Shown in pieces: positions 1 to 8,237 of a DNA stretch of 13,103 nucleotides. Under the pieces are notes generated by a model. That model saw only the letters and a program-made list of their open reading frames with translations. It made no database searches and was not told the origin of the DNA. The first letter of the stretch is position 1. The number at the start of each line of letters is the position of its first letter. The stretch is from Opitutus sp. GAS368 (GTDB taxonomy: Bacteria > Verrucomicrobiota > Verrucomicrobiia > Opitutales > Opitutaceae): positions 1 through 13,103 of the forward strand of contig CAMAVZ010000045.1 of assembly GCA_945861645.1 (NCBI GenBank), written 5' to 3'. Both the position numbers and the translations under genes were made by a program.

Positions 1-2
1 AT

Positions 3-1652
3 GGTCTGTTGCTCCGCTTCGCTCAGCAGCCAAAACCAATGGGTCGCATTTCTCAGGGTCGGCGTGGGAATGCCGCTCCAAAGATTGAAACTGAACATGC
101 CTGGCTGTGAGTAGAGGACATCGGCATGAAGTTGCGCGTTCGTCGTCAGAATGCGCAGGGCAGAGCGAATATTTTCCGGCGGCCGAATATCTTCAGCGGC
201 TGGTAAATTAAGCGGCAGCGAAGTGCGCCAGCGGTCGTGGCCCGTATCCCATAACCAGTAAAGCTGGGCTCCCATAGCCGAAAGCGCGATGGTGGCGAGC
301 AGCGGAGGAGCCCAGGGCATACGCCGTTGACGAGTAAAATGCTCAACAGCTTCACTCAGCCCGATGACAAAAAGCGGAATAAACAAAAAAGTGCCCCAAC
401 CCATCTGGCTTCCCGCTACGGGGTAGGCGTGAAGGAGTTGCCCCATGGCCATGAGGGTCACCAGCCCGATCGCTTGAGCGTGAAAGCGGTCAGGGGGCGT
501 GGGGGTGAGCGGGATTAAAAATAATGGGGCCAGAGGAAGGGCGAGCCCAATTACTTGGCTGACGCCGCGAATGGTGAGCCAAGTTTCCAGATGAAATAGA
601 AAAATCCCGAAGCCGATGAGCCGTAAACCTGCGACGATCGAAGTTAATCGTGAGCGCAGCGTTGGTCGCCAATGCCAAAGACCGACGATACTTAGTGATA
701 GGGCGAGGAGGGGCCAGGACCATAGGGGTTGCCACGCAAACCCCACGTGGAAATTAACCGGATGCCGCAGCGGTTGGAGCAAGACGCCATTAATCAGTCC
801 GCTGAACGTCGTGCCATGGTTGAGGGTCGCCATGATGATACCAACTCCGGTCACCGCAAAAATGATTAACCCCCCAAGCGCGTCGCGACGGCGAAAGATT
901 GCGGTTGCTGAGCTCATTTGGAGGCTGATGACGGCCACACTGGATCCAGCAAAGATAAGCGCTAAGGTGAGCACCCAAGGGGTGCCGAGTAGCGGGCGCA
1001 TTAAAAGAAAAGGCATGACCCCCAAGCCCAAGAGCGCGAGCCCTGCGCCGCGGCGGCGCTGCTCGAGTGCCCCGGTCATGAGCAGCGCAAAAGCTCCGGC
1101 AGTCGCGCACCAGAGTAGCCCGACATTTATTTTCGTGAGGGCGAGGACCGCACCGGTTAGGCTCAGTACAGCCATGGTCAAAGTTGGCTTTTGGCGAAGC
1201 AGCGCCTCGACGGCACCCGCCAAGCCGATCGCAGTTATTAAGGCGATCAGACTACCGGGATGGGCCGGCTCTGAAGTCATTTGCCACAGATAGCCAAAGG
1301 TTACTCCCGTCGTAAACCAAGCAGTCCAATATCGGCCGGATAAACGCCACGCGATTAACCCCGCGAATAACGCTGAGCCGACCCAATGCAACAGCGTGAC
1401 CGCCCGCCCCAGGGTATGGGCGATCGGCCAACCGGAGAGCCAGTGGAGTAGATCGTAATAGAGAAAGGGGAAAGGGCCGTATTGGGTGAAGACTTGATCG
1501 TACAAGCCGCCGTGCTCACTGAAATTGGCCAGACTGAGGAGCACGTAGCCTTCGTCATCGTATGGCATGAACGTGGTGGCGATCAGCAGCCAACCAATGA
1601 CAGCTAAGAGTGCCGCCAAAATAATGAGGCCCGGCAAACGCAGCCGACTCAT
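3..1652 (-). CDS. Polytopic membrane protein, probable GT-C fold (ArnT/PMT-like) glycosyltransferase; 3' end truncated by window edge (>550 aa)
   Basis: Not in the ORF track. Manual translation from ATG 1652-1650: MSRLRLPGLIILAALLAVIGWLLIATTFMPYDDEGYVLLSLANFSEHGGLYDQVFTQYGPFPFLYY...LALTKINVG...QLLHAYPVAGSQMGWGTFLF...PGMFSFNLWSGIPTPTLRNATHWFWLLSEAEQQT. I found no stop in the segments translated, and the track lists no terminated ORF in this frame. Many hydrophobic segments. Acidic YDDEGY motif right after TM1 (1545-1562), as in GT-C enzymes. The ATG overlaps the upstream TGA (TGATG). Confidence 0.85.
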   Translation of the reverse strand, partial: MSRLRLPGLIILAALLAVIGWLLIATTFMPYDDEGYVLLSLANFSEHGGLYDQVFTQYGPFPFLYYDLLHWLSGWPIAHTLGRAVTLLHWVGSALFAGLIAWRLSGRYWTAWFTTGVTFGYLWQMTSEPAHPGSLIALITAIGLAGAVEALLRQKPTLTMAVLSLTGAVLALTKINVGLLWCATAGAFALLMTGALEQRRRGAGLALLGLGVMPFLLMRPLLGTPWVLTLALIFAGSSVAVISLQMSSATAIFRRRDALGGLIIFAVTGVGIIMATLNHGTTFSGLINGVLLQPLRHPVNFHVGFAWQPLWSWPLLALSLSIVGLWHWRPTLRSRLTSIVAGLRLIGFGIFLFHLETWLTIRGVSQVIGLALPLAPLFLIPLTPTPPDRFHAQAIGLVTLMAMGQLLHAYPVAGSQMGWGTFLFIPLFVIGLSEAVEHFTRQRRMPWAPPLLATIALSAMGAQLYWLWDTGHDRWRTSLPLNLPAAEDIRPPENIRSALRILTTNAQLHADVLYSQPGMFSFNLWSGIPTPTLRNATHWFWLLSEAEQQT

Positions 1653-2620
1653 CAGACTTTCCGCGGCGTGGTCGCCTCAGTTGGGTTGCGGCGAATCAGA
1701 TAAAGCGGCCGGTGCTTCACTTCATCATAAACGCGACCGAGGTATTCACCGAGCACGCCGATGCCAATCAGCTGCACGCCGCCGAGGAATAGTACGATCG
1801 TTACCAGCGTCGTGTAGCCAGTCGGCGCGGTTTCAATATTGAGCAGTCGGCGCACGGTGTAAAAAACGGCCGCGGCAAATCCGACGAGCGCAGTGAAAAC
1901 TCCCGTATACGTCAGCAGACGCAGGGGAAGATAGGAAAAGCTAAAAACACCATCGAGGGCGTAGCGGAGCAATTTGCCCAAGGTCTGCTGGGGTTCGCCG
2001 GCGGCGCGCTCGTGCCGATCATACAAAACTTCGCCGGTGGTAAAGCCGACCCAAGAACGCAGTCCGGGAAAGAAACGATTCCGCTCGGGGAGTCGATTAA
2101 GGGCATCGACGGCCTCACGATCCATGAGCCCAAAGGTGCCCGTGTTAGCTTCGATGGGGAAATCAGCGACACGGCCAAAAAGACGATGGAAAAGATCCAT
2201 GCCCGCCCGCCGCGCCCCGATTTCTTGGCGCGAGCGCCGCACGGCGCGGACGACATCGAGGCCGGCGCGCCACTGGGCGACTAACTCAGGAATTACTTCC
2301 GGTGGATCTTGTAAGTCAGCATCAAGGGTCACCAACGCATCGCCCGAGGCTTGTGCAAGACCGGCCGCGAGGGCGGCCTGAAAACCAAAATTGCGCGTGA
2401 GCTCGAGCAGTTGAAAGCGGGCATCGTTCGCATTTTGCGCGCGGATGATGGGCGCAGACTGGTCGCGGCTCCCGTCATTTACTAATAAAGCGCTCCAAGT
2501 AACGTCGGGATGTTTATTAAATAAAGTGGTGAGACGCCCCAATAATTCCGGGAGGACGGCTTCTTCGTTAAAAACAGGAATGACGAGCGTTACCTGATTA
2601 GTTGGGGCGGCGCGAGTCAT
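1652..2620 (-). CDS. GT2 glycosyltransferase, GtrB/ArnC-like polyprenol-phosphate glycosyltransferase (322 aa)
   Basis: Motifs LVIPVFNEE, VNDGSRD, RNFGFQAA, LDADLQDPPE (DxD), ERNRFFPGL, two C-terminal TM helices, GEYLGRVYDEVKHRPLY tail typical of the GtrB/CsbB family. Confidence 0.93.
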   Translation of the reverse strand: MTRAAPTNQVTLVIPVFNEEAVLPELLGRLTTLFNKHPDVTWSALLVNDGSRDQSAPIIRAQNANDARFQLLELTRNFGFQAALAAGLAQASGDALVTLDADLQDPPEVIPELVAQWRAGLDVVRAVRRSRQEIGARRAGMDLFHRLFGRVADFPIEANTGTFGLMDREAVDALNRLPERNRFFPGLRSWVGFTTGEVLYDRHERAAGEPQQTLGKLLRYALDGVFSFSYLPLRLLTYTGVFTALVGFAAAVFYTVRRLLNIETAPTGYTTLVTIVLFLGGVQLIGIGVLGEYLGRVYDEVKHRPLYLIRRNPTEATTPRKV

Positions 2621-2694
2621 GGTAGGGTGAGGGGGGCTTAAAAATCAGAGGCAGCGCCGGCGCAGATAATCAGGGCCTTAAAAGGCGGATCAGC

Positions 2695-3387
2695 TTAGCG
2701 AAATAAATTATATTTGAGAATCGCATAGATGGCCCGGAAGCCATCCCGCCAGCCAATCTTTTTACCCTCGGCGTAGGTGCGGCCGTAATAGGAAATGCCA
2801 ACTTCATAGATGCGGCAGTTAGGCACGGCGGCAACTTTCGCGGTGATTTCCGGCTCAAAGCCAAAACGATTCTCCTCGAGTTTAATATTCTGCAGTACTT
2901 CGCGGCGGAATACCTTATAGCAAGTTTCCATGTCGGTGACATTAATCCCCGTAAACATATTCGAGAGCAGGGTGAGGAAACGATTGCCGACCATGTGCCA
3001 GAAATAAACCACGCGATGCGCTTCCGCGCCCATGAAGCGTGAGCCAAAGACCACATCAGCTTTGCCGTCGAGAATAGGTTTTAACAAGCGAGGGTATTCT
3101 TGCGGATCATATTCCAGATCGGCGTCTTGAACAATAATCGCATCGCCCGTTGCGGCCGCAAAGCCAGTGCGCAAGGCGGCGCCCTTGCCTTGATTGGTGT
3201 CGTGGTAAATTACCCGCGCCACAAGCGGGGTGATTTCATCGCGCAAAATGTCACGCGTGCCATCGCTCGAGCAGTCATCGACAATAATAATTTCCATCTC
3301 GGCGACTGGGGCCGCGCGGACGGCATCCACAATCGTCCGGATGGTTTTGCGTTCATTGTAACAGGGAATAACGATAGATAGTTTCAT
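2695..3387 (-). CDS. GT2 glycosyltransferase, DPM1/Ppm1-like soluble polyprenol-phosphate sugar synthase (230 aa)
   Basis: Motifs [72 protein letters not shown]. No TM segment. Confidence 0.93.
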   Translation of the reverse strand: MKLSIVIPCYNERKTIRTIVDAVRAAPVAEMEIIIVDDCSSDGTRDILRDEITPLVARVIYHDTNQGKGAALRTGFAAATGDAIIVQDADLEYDPQEYPRLLKPILDGKADVVFGSRFMGAEAHRVVYFWHMVGNRFLTLLSNMFTGINVTDMETCYKVFRREVLQNIKLEENRFGFEPEITAKVAAVPNCRIYEVGISYYGRTYAEGKKIGWRDGFRAIYAILKYNLFR

Positions 3388-3404
3388 GCGGTATCGGGGG
3401 CCGA

Positions 3405-3428
3405 CGTTAGGGGCGGGCCGCCCTAACG
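3405..3428. promoter_or_regulatory. Inverted repeat CGTTAGGG-N8-CCCTAACG in the divergent intergenic region; candidate operator or hairpin
   Basis: Perfect 8-bp arms at 3405-3412 and 3421-3428. Overlaps a minus-strand -10-like TAACGT (3409-3404) lying 16 nt upstream of ATG 3387. Confidence 0.45.
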
Positions 3429-3531
3429 GAAGCTTGATTTTTCGCGATGACCTTGGGGGTTGGGGTAAGCGGATAACCTTGCGGCGCTGCTAGGGGCCGA
3501 CTGACATGCAGGGATTAATTTAACGTCTGCT

Positions 3532-5492
3532 GTGAGTGACGCATTTTTTATTTACCAATTCAGTTTAGATGGGCTGCTGGCGATTAGCGCCGCGTGGTTG
3601 GTGCAGCGGGCGCTCAATCCCGCGCTGGGGGTGTTAGGTCAACTCCTCGGTTGGGGTCTAGCCCTGTTGTTGCTCGTGACAACCAGCGGGGAAATTTTGA
3701 GTTGGCTGGGCGCGTTGGGGCCAAGGGATTCCTCCTCACGCATGCCGGGGCATTTTTTGGTTTAGCGGGTTGGCGCAGAAATTATTTAGCGGACGACGCT
3801 GCTGCCTTAGGTGTGCTGGGGAGAAGGCTGATCGATCGTCTGCGTGGTGACGGCTTGGTCGCAGGGCTCAGCGTGGTACTGGGGCTAATTTATATTGTTT
3901 TCGGGCTGTTGGCCGCGTGGGGGGAGCCAGTGGTTTACGATGCGCTCACCTATCGGCTTTCGCGCATTGGGCTCTGGTTGCAGGAGGGACGGATTACGCA
4001 TTTTGCGACTGATGATGCGCGATTAAATTATATGCCCGTAGCGCCGGATTTGGTCATGGCTTGGCTAGCGGGAGCTCATCGCACGGGCTTTGCCTGGGTG
4101 GCTCTGGCGCAGACGTTCGGTGGTGGTCTGTTGATGGTTGCCACGGTGGGGCTTGCGCGCTGTACGGGCTTGGGTCGCGCGGCCGCGCTGGGCGCGGCCG
4201 GCTTGCTCTTGGGGATGGCTAATATTGTGCCGCAGTTTACCGCCGCATATACGGATTTATTCGCCGCGGGCATTTTTGCGGCGGCTTTTTATCTTTGGCT
4301 AATAGCGCTCCAACGGGGTCAAGGCTCGGTGCTCGGTGGGGCGGGAGTCGCTTTGGCTCTTGGATCGAAAGGCACCTTATTTTATCTGGCGCCGAGTGTT
4401 TTGGGGTGGGTGGTGTGGTGCGCTTGGGGCTATCGAATTACTGGCCGGGCGTGGTTAACGACTTTTTCGGCCGGACTGCTCGCCGCTCTGTTGCTGGTTG
4501 TCCCTAGATTAATGCGCAATCTCGAGACGTACGGCAATATGATGGGCCCCGCGGCGGCTCGGCAGCAACAACATGGGGCCGAATTATCCCTAGCCGATCG
4601 CAGTAAAAAACTTCGCCTCAATTTGCACACCACGCTCGCGCAATTATTTGAACCAAACGCCCAGCCGCTTGGGTGGGGTGGGCGGGCGCAGTGGCTCGCG
4701 GAGTCACTGGCCGCCCCGTTGCCCTCGGCTGATCGATTTTCATTTGATGAACTGGATCGACGGGCGAATGTGCAAAAAATTCTTCGGCTGCCCGCTCCGG
4801 ATGCGGATGTCGCTTCCGTCGGTGTGCTAAGTCTCAGTTTGGCGTTGCTCGGCTTTTGCTCTGCGTTGCTCCCGCGTCGGCGTCAGGGGGCAGATCTGGT
4901 CATCGGGTGGAGCGTGGGCGTGGGGCTTTTTGTGATTTGGCTCAATGCGCTGCTGCAGTGGCATCCTTATAGTTTTCGATTTTGGGTGCTCGTCGCCCCA
5001 TGGCTGGCGGTGGTGGCGGGGTGGGGATTGGAATCTTTGCCCCGTTACGCCCGGATCGCGGGTTGGGCTTTAGCCGCCTGGGGTGCCGGCCTGACGCTTT
5101 GGCAAAGTACGGCTTATGCTTATCAGGCAGGTTGGCCAGCGGTTCGGCAGCCCGAGCGAGCTTTAGGTTATACCGTCTACCGTCAGGTGAGGGCTTGGAC
5201 GGGAGCGCTTGATCAAATCGGATCTCCCTTGCGCGTGGCGTTGCCGGTCAATCAACCGCTTGCGGCATTTTTACGAACTGAAGAAAATCGGAGAGTTGAG
5301 CTGCAAACGTTGGCTGAATTGCCGGTTACGGCCGAGGCGGCGGTCCAGCAGTGGTCCGGATGGTTAGTGGTGCCGGCGCGACATTTCGCGGGACGAGAGG
5401 GGCGGGTAGAAAAGCGCACGTGGTTTTTTTATGGCGATGAAAATAACTTTTTTAGTTTAGCGGCTTATCGGCGAGTCGTCTCAGGCCCTTGA
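3532..5492 (+). CDS. Polytopic membrane protein, probable GT-C fold glycosyltransferase, interrupted by a one-base frameshift at about 3717-3727 (about 653 aa if restored; pseudogene or sequencing error)
   Basis: The frame from GTG 3532 gives a hydrophobic N-terminus (...EILSWLGALG), then degenerates and stops at 3765. The 3594..5492 frame is non-hydrophobic until about 3720, then reads KGFLLTHAGAFFGL... Downstream GT-C-like motifs: YDALTYRLSRIGLWLQEG (YD at 3936-3941), YTDLFAA, LALGSKGT, plus many TM segments and a soluble C-terminal domain. Confidence 0.75.
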
Positions 5493-5521
5493 GTCAGGCG
5501 CCGCGTAGCGCGCCTCCGCCC

Positions 5522-5557
5522 TTGACGGGGCCGAAGCGATTTCGGCATGGTGGGGGG
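5522..5557 (+). promoter_or_regulatory. Putative sigma70 promoter for a leaderless DedA-xseA transcript
   Basis: TTGACG (5522-5527), 18-bp spacer, CATGGT (5546-5551), 6 nt, GTG 5558. The spacer holds inverted repeat GCCGAA-N5-TTCGGC (5530-5546). Confidence 0.45.
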
Positions 5558-6226
5558 GTGGAAAAACGTCCGTCGCTCTTAAAATTAATCATCGGGCTCA
5601 TCTTCTTGCTGGCGTTGGCCAGCGCCGGCTTCTGGTGGTTAAAAATTCACGATTTTAGTCTGCGGCTCGCGCTGGATGATGGCCTGAACGTGCTGCGGGC
5701 TGCAGGGCCGCTGGCCTTTTTTACCGCAATGGCGGTACTGCCAGCCGTGGGTTGTCCGATGCTAGCGTTCACCTTGACGGCAGGAACTACTTTCGGCGCC
5801 CAGTTAGGTCTGCCGCTCGTGCTGCTCTACTGCGGCATCGCGCTAGCGGTTAATTTAGCGCTGACCTACTGGTTAGTTGCCGCCGGTTTACGTCCTTGGT
5901 TGGAGCATTTAATTGCGCAGACCAAATATCGGGTGCCGCAACTTGCGGAGGCTGATCATAGCGAACTAACCTTGATTGTACGCATCACGCCGGGACCGCC
6001 TTATTTTGTGCAAAGTTATTTGCTGGGCCTCGCGCGGGTTCGTTTTTTGACTTACCTTTGGGTCTCGTGGGCGGTGGTTATGCCGATGAGTATCGGCTTT
6101 GTCATTTTTGGTGACGCTATTTTGCAAGGTAAGTCGCGGCTCGCGATTCTAGGCTTCAGCGCCATTGTGAGCCTATCGCTGTTAATTCATTTTGTTCGCC
6201 GGCATTATGGTAAAAAAGACTCCTGA
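5558..6226 (+). CDS. DedA superfamily, TVP38/TMEM64 (VTT / SNARE_assoc domain) membrane protein (about 222 aa)
   Basis: GCPMLAFTLTAGTTFG re-entrant segment and IVRITPGPPYFVQSYLLGLARVRFLTY signature. Start moved from TTG 5489 to GTG 5558 (MEKRPSLLKLIIGLIF, basic residues then TM), consistent with the promoter position. Confidence 0.85.
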   Translation: MEKRPSLLKLIIGLIFLLALASAGFWWLKIHDFSLRLALDDGLNVLRAAGPLAFFTAMAVLPAVGCPMLAFTLTAGTTFGAQLGLPLVLLYCGIALAVNLALTYWLVAAGLRPWLEHLIAQTKYRVPQLAEADHSELTLIVRITPGPPYFVQSYLLGLARVRFLTYLWVSWAVVMPMSIGFVIFGDAILQGKSRLAILGFSAIVSLSLLIHFVRRHYGKKDS

Positions 6227-7544
6227 CCTGACGCTCGATGATGCTGGGCGGATCCGCTCCGTCACCGAGTTGACGCACGAGGTTAAGACCTTGCTTGAGG
6301 GCGGGCTGCGTCCTGGGTGGGTGCGGGGCGAGGTTTCCAATTTTCGGGCCCAGGCCAGCGGGCATATTTATTTTTCGCTGAAAGATGTCGGCGCGCAAAT
6401 TAGCTGCGTGCTTTTTCGGGGTGATGCGCAGCGTCAGACCGTGGTCTTGCGGGATGGCTTGCAGGTTTTAGTTTACGGTGAAATCAGCGTCTACGAGGCG
6501 CGCGGCCAGTATCAACTCGTCGTCAGAGCGCTGATCGAGCATGGCACCGGGCGACTTCAGCAAGAATTTGAAAAATTGAAGCAGCAGTTGGCGGCGGAGG
6601 GCTTGTTTGAGGCGGCCCGCAAGCAACCGCTCCCGCTGTTGCCGCGGACGGTGGGTTTTATTACTTCGCCGACCGGAGCGGCGGTGCAAGATTTCATGCG
6701 GATTCTGACGCGGCGAGGTTGGACGGGGCGTTTGGTGGTGCTGCCGGCGAAGGTGCAGGGTGAAGGAGCGGCGGCCGAAATCGCCACCATGCTTGCGCTC
6801 GCGGAGGGGCTTAACATTTTTGATCTAATCGTGGTGGGACGTGGGGGCGGGAGTATCGAGGATTTGTGGGCATTTAATGAAGAATTATTAGTGCGGGCCG
6901 TGGCGGCCTGTGGCGTTCCGATTATCTCCGCGGTGGGGCATGAGATTGATTTTACGCTTTGTGATCTGGCGGCTGACGTGCGGGCGGAAACGCCGAGCGG
7001 GGCGGCGGAATTAATATCGAGTAACTATCTTGAGGCCTGCGATCGCCTGACGCGCGCTGGGGCGAGTATGGTTACCGCGATAGATTCTGTGGTCGGGCGC
7101 GCGCAAGAGAAGCTGGATCACGCGCGCAGTCGCTTGCGGCTGCTTTCGCCGGCGGCGGCCATTGAGCAAAACTATCTCCGGCTCGATGATCTCGGCAATC
7201 GCTTGGGCGCCGCGACGCGAGCGGCTCTGCAATTACGACGGGAGACAGTCCGGACCGTGCGAGCCCGGCTCGCGCAGGCTGCGCCGGAAAAGCGGGTGCA
7301 GCAGGAATCGCAGCGGTTGCTGTCACTCTGGAAGCGGCTGGAATCAGCGAGTCCCGCCTCAGTGCTTAAACGAGGTTATGCGATCGTCCGAGATGCCGCC
7401 GGTCGGCCGGTGCCGCGAGCGCAGGGCCTTAAGCCGGGGCAAGTCCTCGTAAATGAGTTCCATGATGGGACGGTGCAGGTGCGCACAGAATGGGGCCCGA
7501 TTGGGTTGATCAGTCAGCCGTGTTTGCCAAAAGCTAATTCTTAG
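6207..7544 (+). CDS. xseA: Exodeoxyribonuclease VII large subunit
   Basis: [21 protein letters not shown]-fold, [65 protein letters not shown] 6207 preferred over TTG 6192; overlaps the DedA 3' end by 20 nt. Confidence 0.97.
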   Translation: MVKKTPDLTLDDAGRIRSVTELTHEVKTLLEGGLRPGWVRGEVSNFRAQASGHIYFSLKDVGAQISCVLFRGDAQRQTVVLRDGLQVLVYGEISVYEARGQYQLVVRALIEHGTGRLQQEFEKLKQQLAAEGLFEAARKQPLPLLPRTVGFITSPTGAAVQDFMRILTRRGWTGRLVVLPAKVQGEGAAAEIATMLALAEGLNIFDLIVVGRGGGSIEDLWAFNEELLVRAVAACGVPIISAVGHEIDFTLCDLAADVRAETPSGAAELISSNYLEACDRLTRAGASMVTAIDSVVGRAQEKLDHARSRLRLLSPAAAIEQNYLRLDDLGNRLGAATRAALQLRRETVRTVRARLAQAAPEKRVQQESQRLLSLWKRLESASPASVLKRGYAIVRDAAGRPVPRAQGLKPGQVLVNEFHDGTVQVRTEWGPIGLISQPCLPKANS

Positions 7545-7558
7545 CTCACTCTTTTCTC
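7524..7558 (+). promoter_or_regulatory. Putative sigma70 promoter for leaderless msrB with an inverted repeat in the spacer
   Basis: TTGCCA (7524-7529), 17-bp spacer, CACTCT (7547-7552), 6 nt, ATG 7559. No SD. Spacer contains AGCTAA-TTC-TTAGCT (7532-7546). Confidence 0.5.
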
Positions 7559-8185
7559 ATGACCGCATCGTCTCTCTCTACGCTGTCCCTGCTCGCGACA
7601 CTCGCTGGGGCAGGCCTCTTACCCGCCGCCGATTCCACTATGAAAGCTAAAGATCAAAACGCCGCGGTCCCTTATTGTGCCCCAGGGGATGAAAAGTCTG
7701 CTTGTGGGCTCCCGTCGCGAGTCGTGATTGATATGAGCAAGACGAAGGTGCAGCGCACGGAAGCCGAGTGGCGCACGCTCCTGACGCCCGGGCAATTTAA
7801 GGTGGCCCGGCAGCAAGGCACGGAGCCGCCCTTTCGGAATGAGTACTGGGATCATCATGCGGACGGAGTTTATTTTGCCGTCGGCAGCGACACGCCGTTA
7901 TTCGATAGTCGCGATAAATTTGAATCGGGCACCGGTTGGCCCAGCTTCACGAAGCCCATTGAGCCCGCCTTTGTAGCGGAGACGCGTGATAGTAGTTGGG
8001 GGATGGAGCGCGTCGAGGTGCACAGTGCCGTTGATGGGAGTCATCTCGGCCATGTTTTTCCTGACGGCCCCGCGCCCACTGGCCAGCGTTACTGTATTAA
8101 TTCAGCCTCGCTGCAATTTATGCCGCGGGCGGCGTATAATGCTTGGGTGGCTAAGAATAGCGCCGCCCCTACTGGCGCTAAGTAA
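7559..8185 (+). CDS. msrB: Peptide-methionine (R)-S-oxide reductase MsrB with N-terminal signal-peptide-like extension (208 aa)
   Basis: [52 protein letters not shown] (catalytic Cys179, codon 8093-8095). Confidence 0.96.
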   Translation: MTASSLSTLSLLATLAGAGLLPAADSTMKAKDQNAAVPYCAPGDEKSACGLPSRVVIDMSKTKVQRTEAEWRTLLTPGQFKVARQQGTEPPFRNEYWDHHADGVYFAVGSDTPLFDSRDKFESGTGWPSFTKPIEPAFVAETRDSSWGMERVEVHSAVDGSHLGHVFPDGPAPTGQRYCINSASLQFMPRAAYNAWVAKNSAAPTGAK

Positions 8186-8199
8186 GTATTCCTGCCGTC

Positions 8200-8231
8200 A
8201 GCGCCCGGGCTTTTAAGCCAAGCCCCGCGCT
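8200..8231. terminator. Stem-loop between convergent msrB and M48 genes; possible bidirectional terminator
   Basis: AGCGC-cc-GGGCTT-ttaagcc-AAGCCC-c-GCGCT. No strong U-tract on either strand. Confidence 0.4.
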
Positions 8232-8237
8232 CCTTAA

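Noticed and set aside
616-1293. 225 aa plus-strand ORF, and other short ORFs in 146-1842
   Set aside because: Shadows of the long minus-strand membrane-protein gene; no recognisable motifs.
3688-3699. GGGGAAATTTTG as a programmed -1 ribosomal frameshift site
   Set aside because: The AAATTTT and GGGAAAT heptamers are not in X XXY YYZ phase with the 3532 frame, and shifting here would insert a polar FELAGRVG stretch into a hydrophobic segment.
3594-3719. N-terminus of the 632 aa ORF (MVGAAGAQSR...)
   Set aside because: Out-of-frame read of the hydrophobic N-terminus encoded in the 3532 frame.
5489-5557. TTG 5489 start for the DedA protein
   Set aside because: The extension is Pro/Gly-rich, covers a hairpin and a promoter-like sequence; GTG 5558 fits better.
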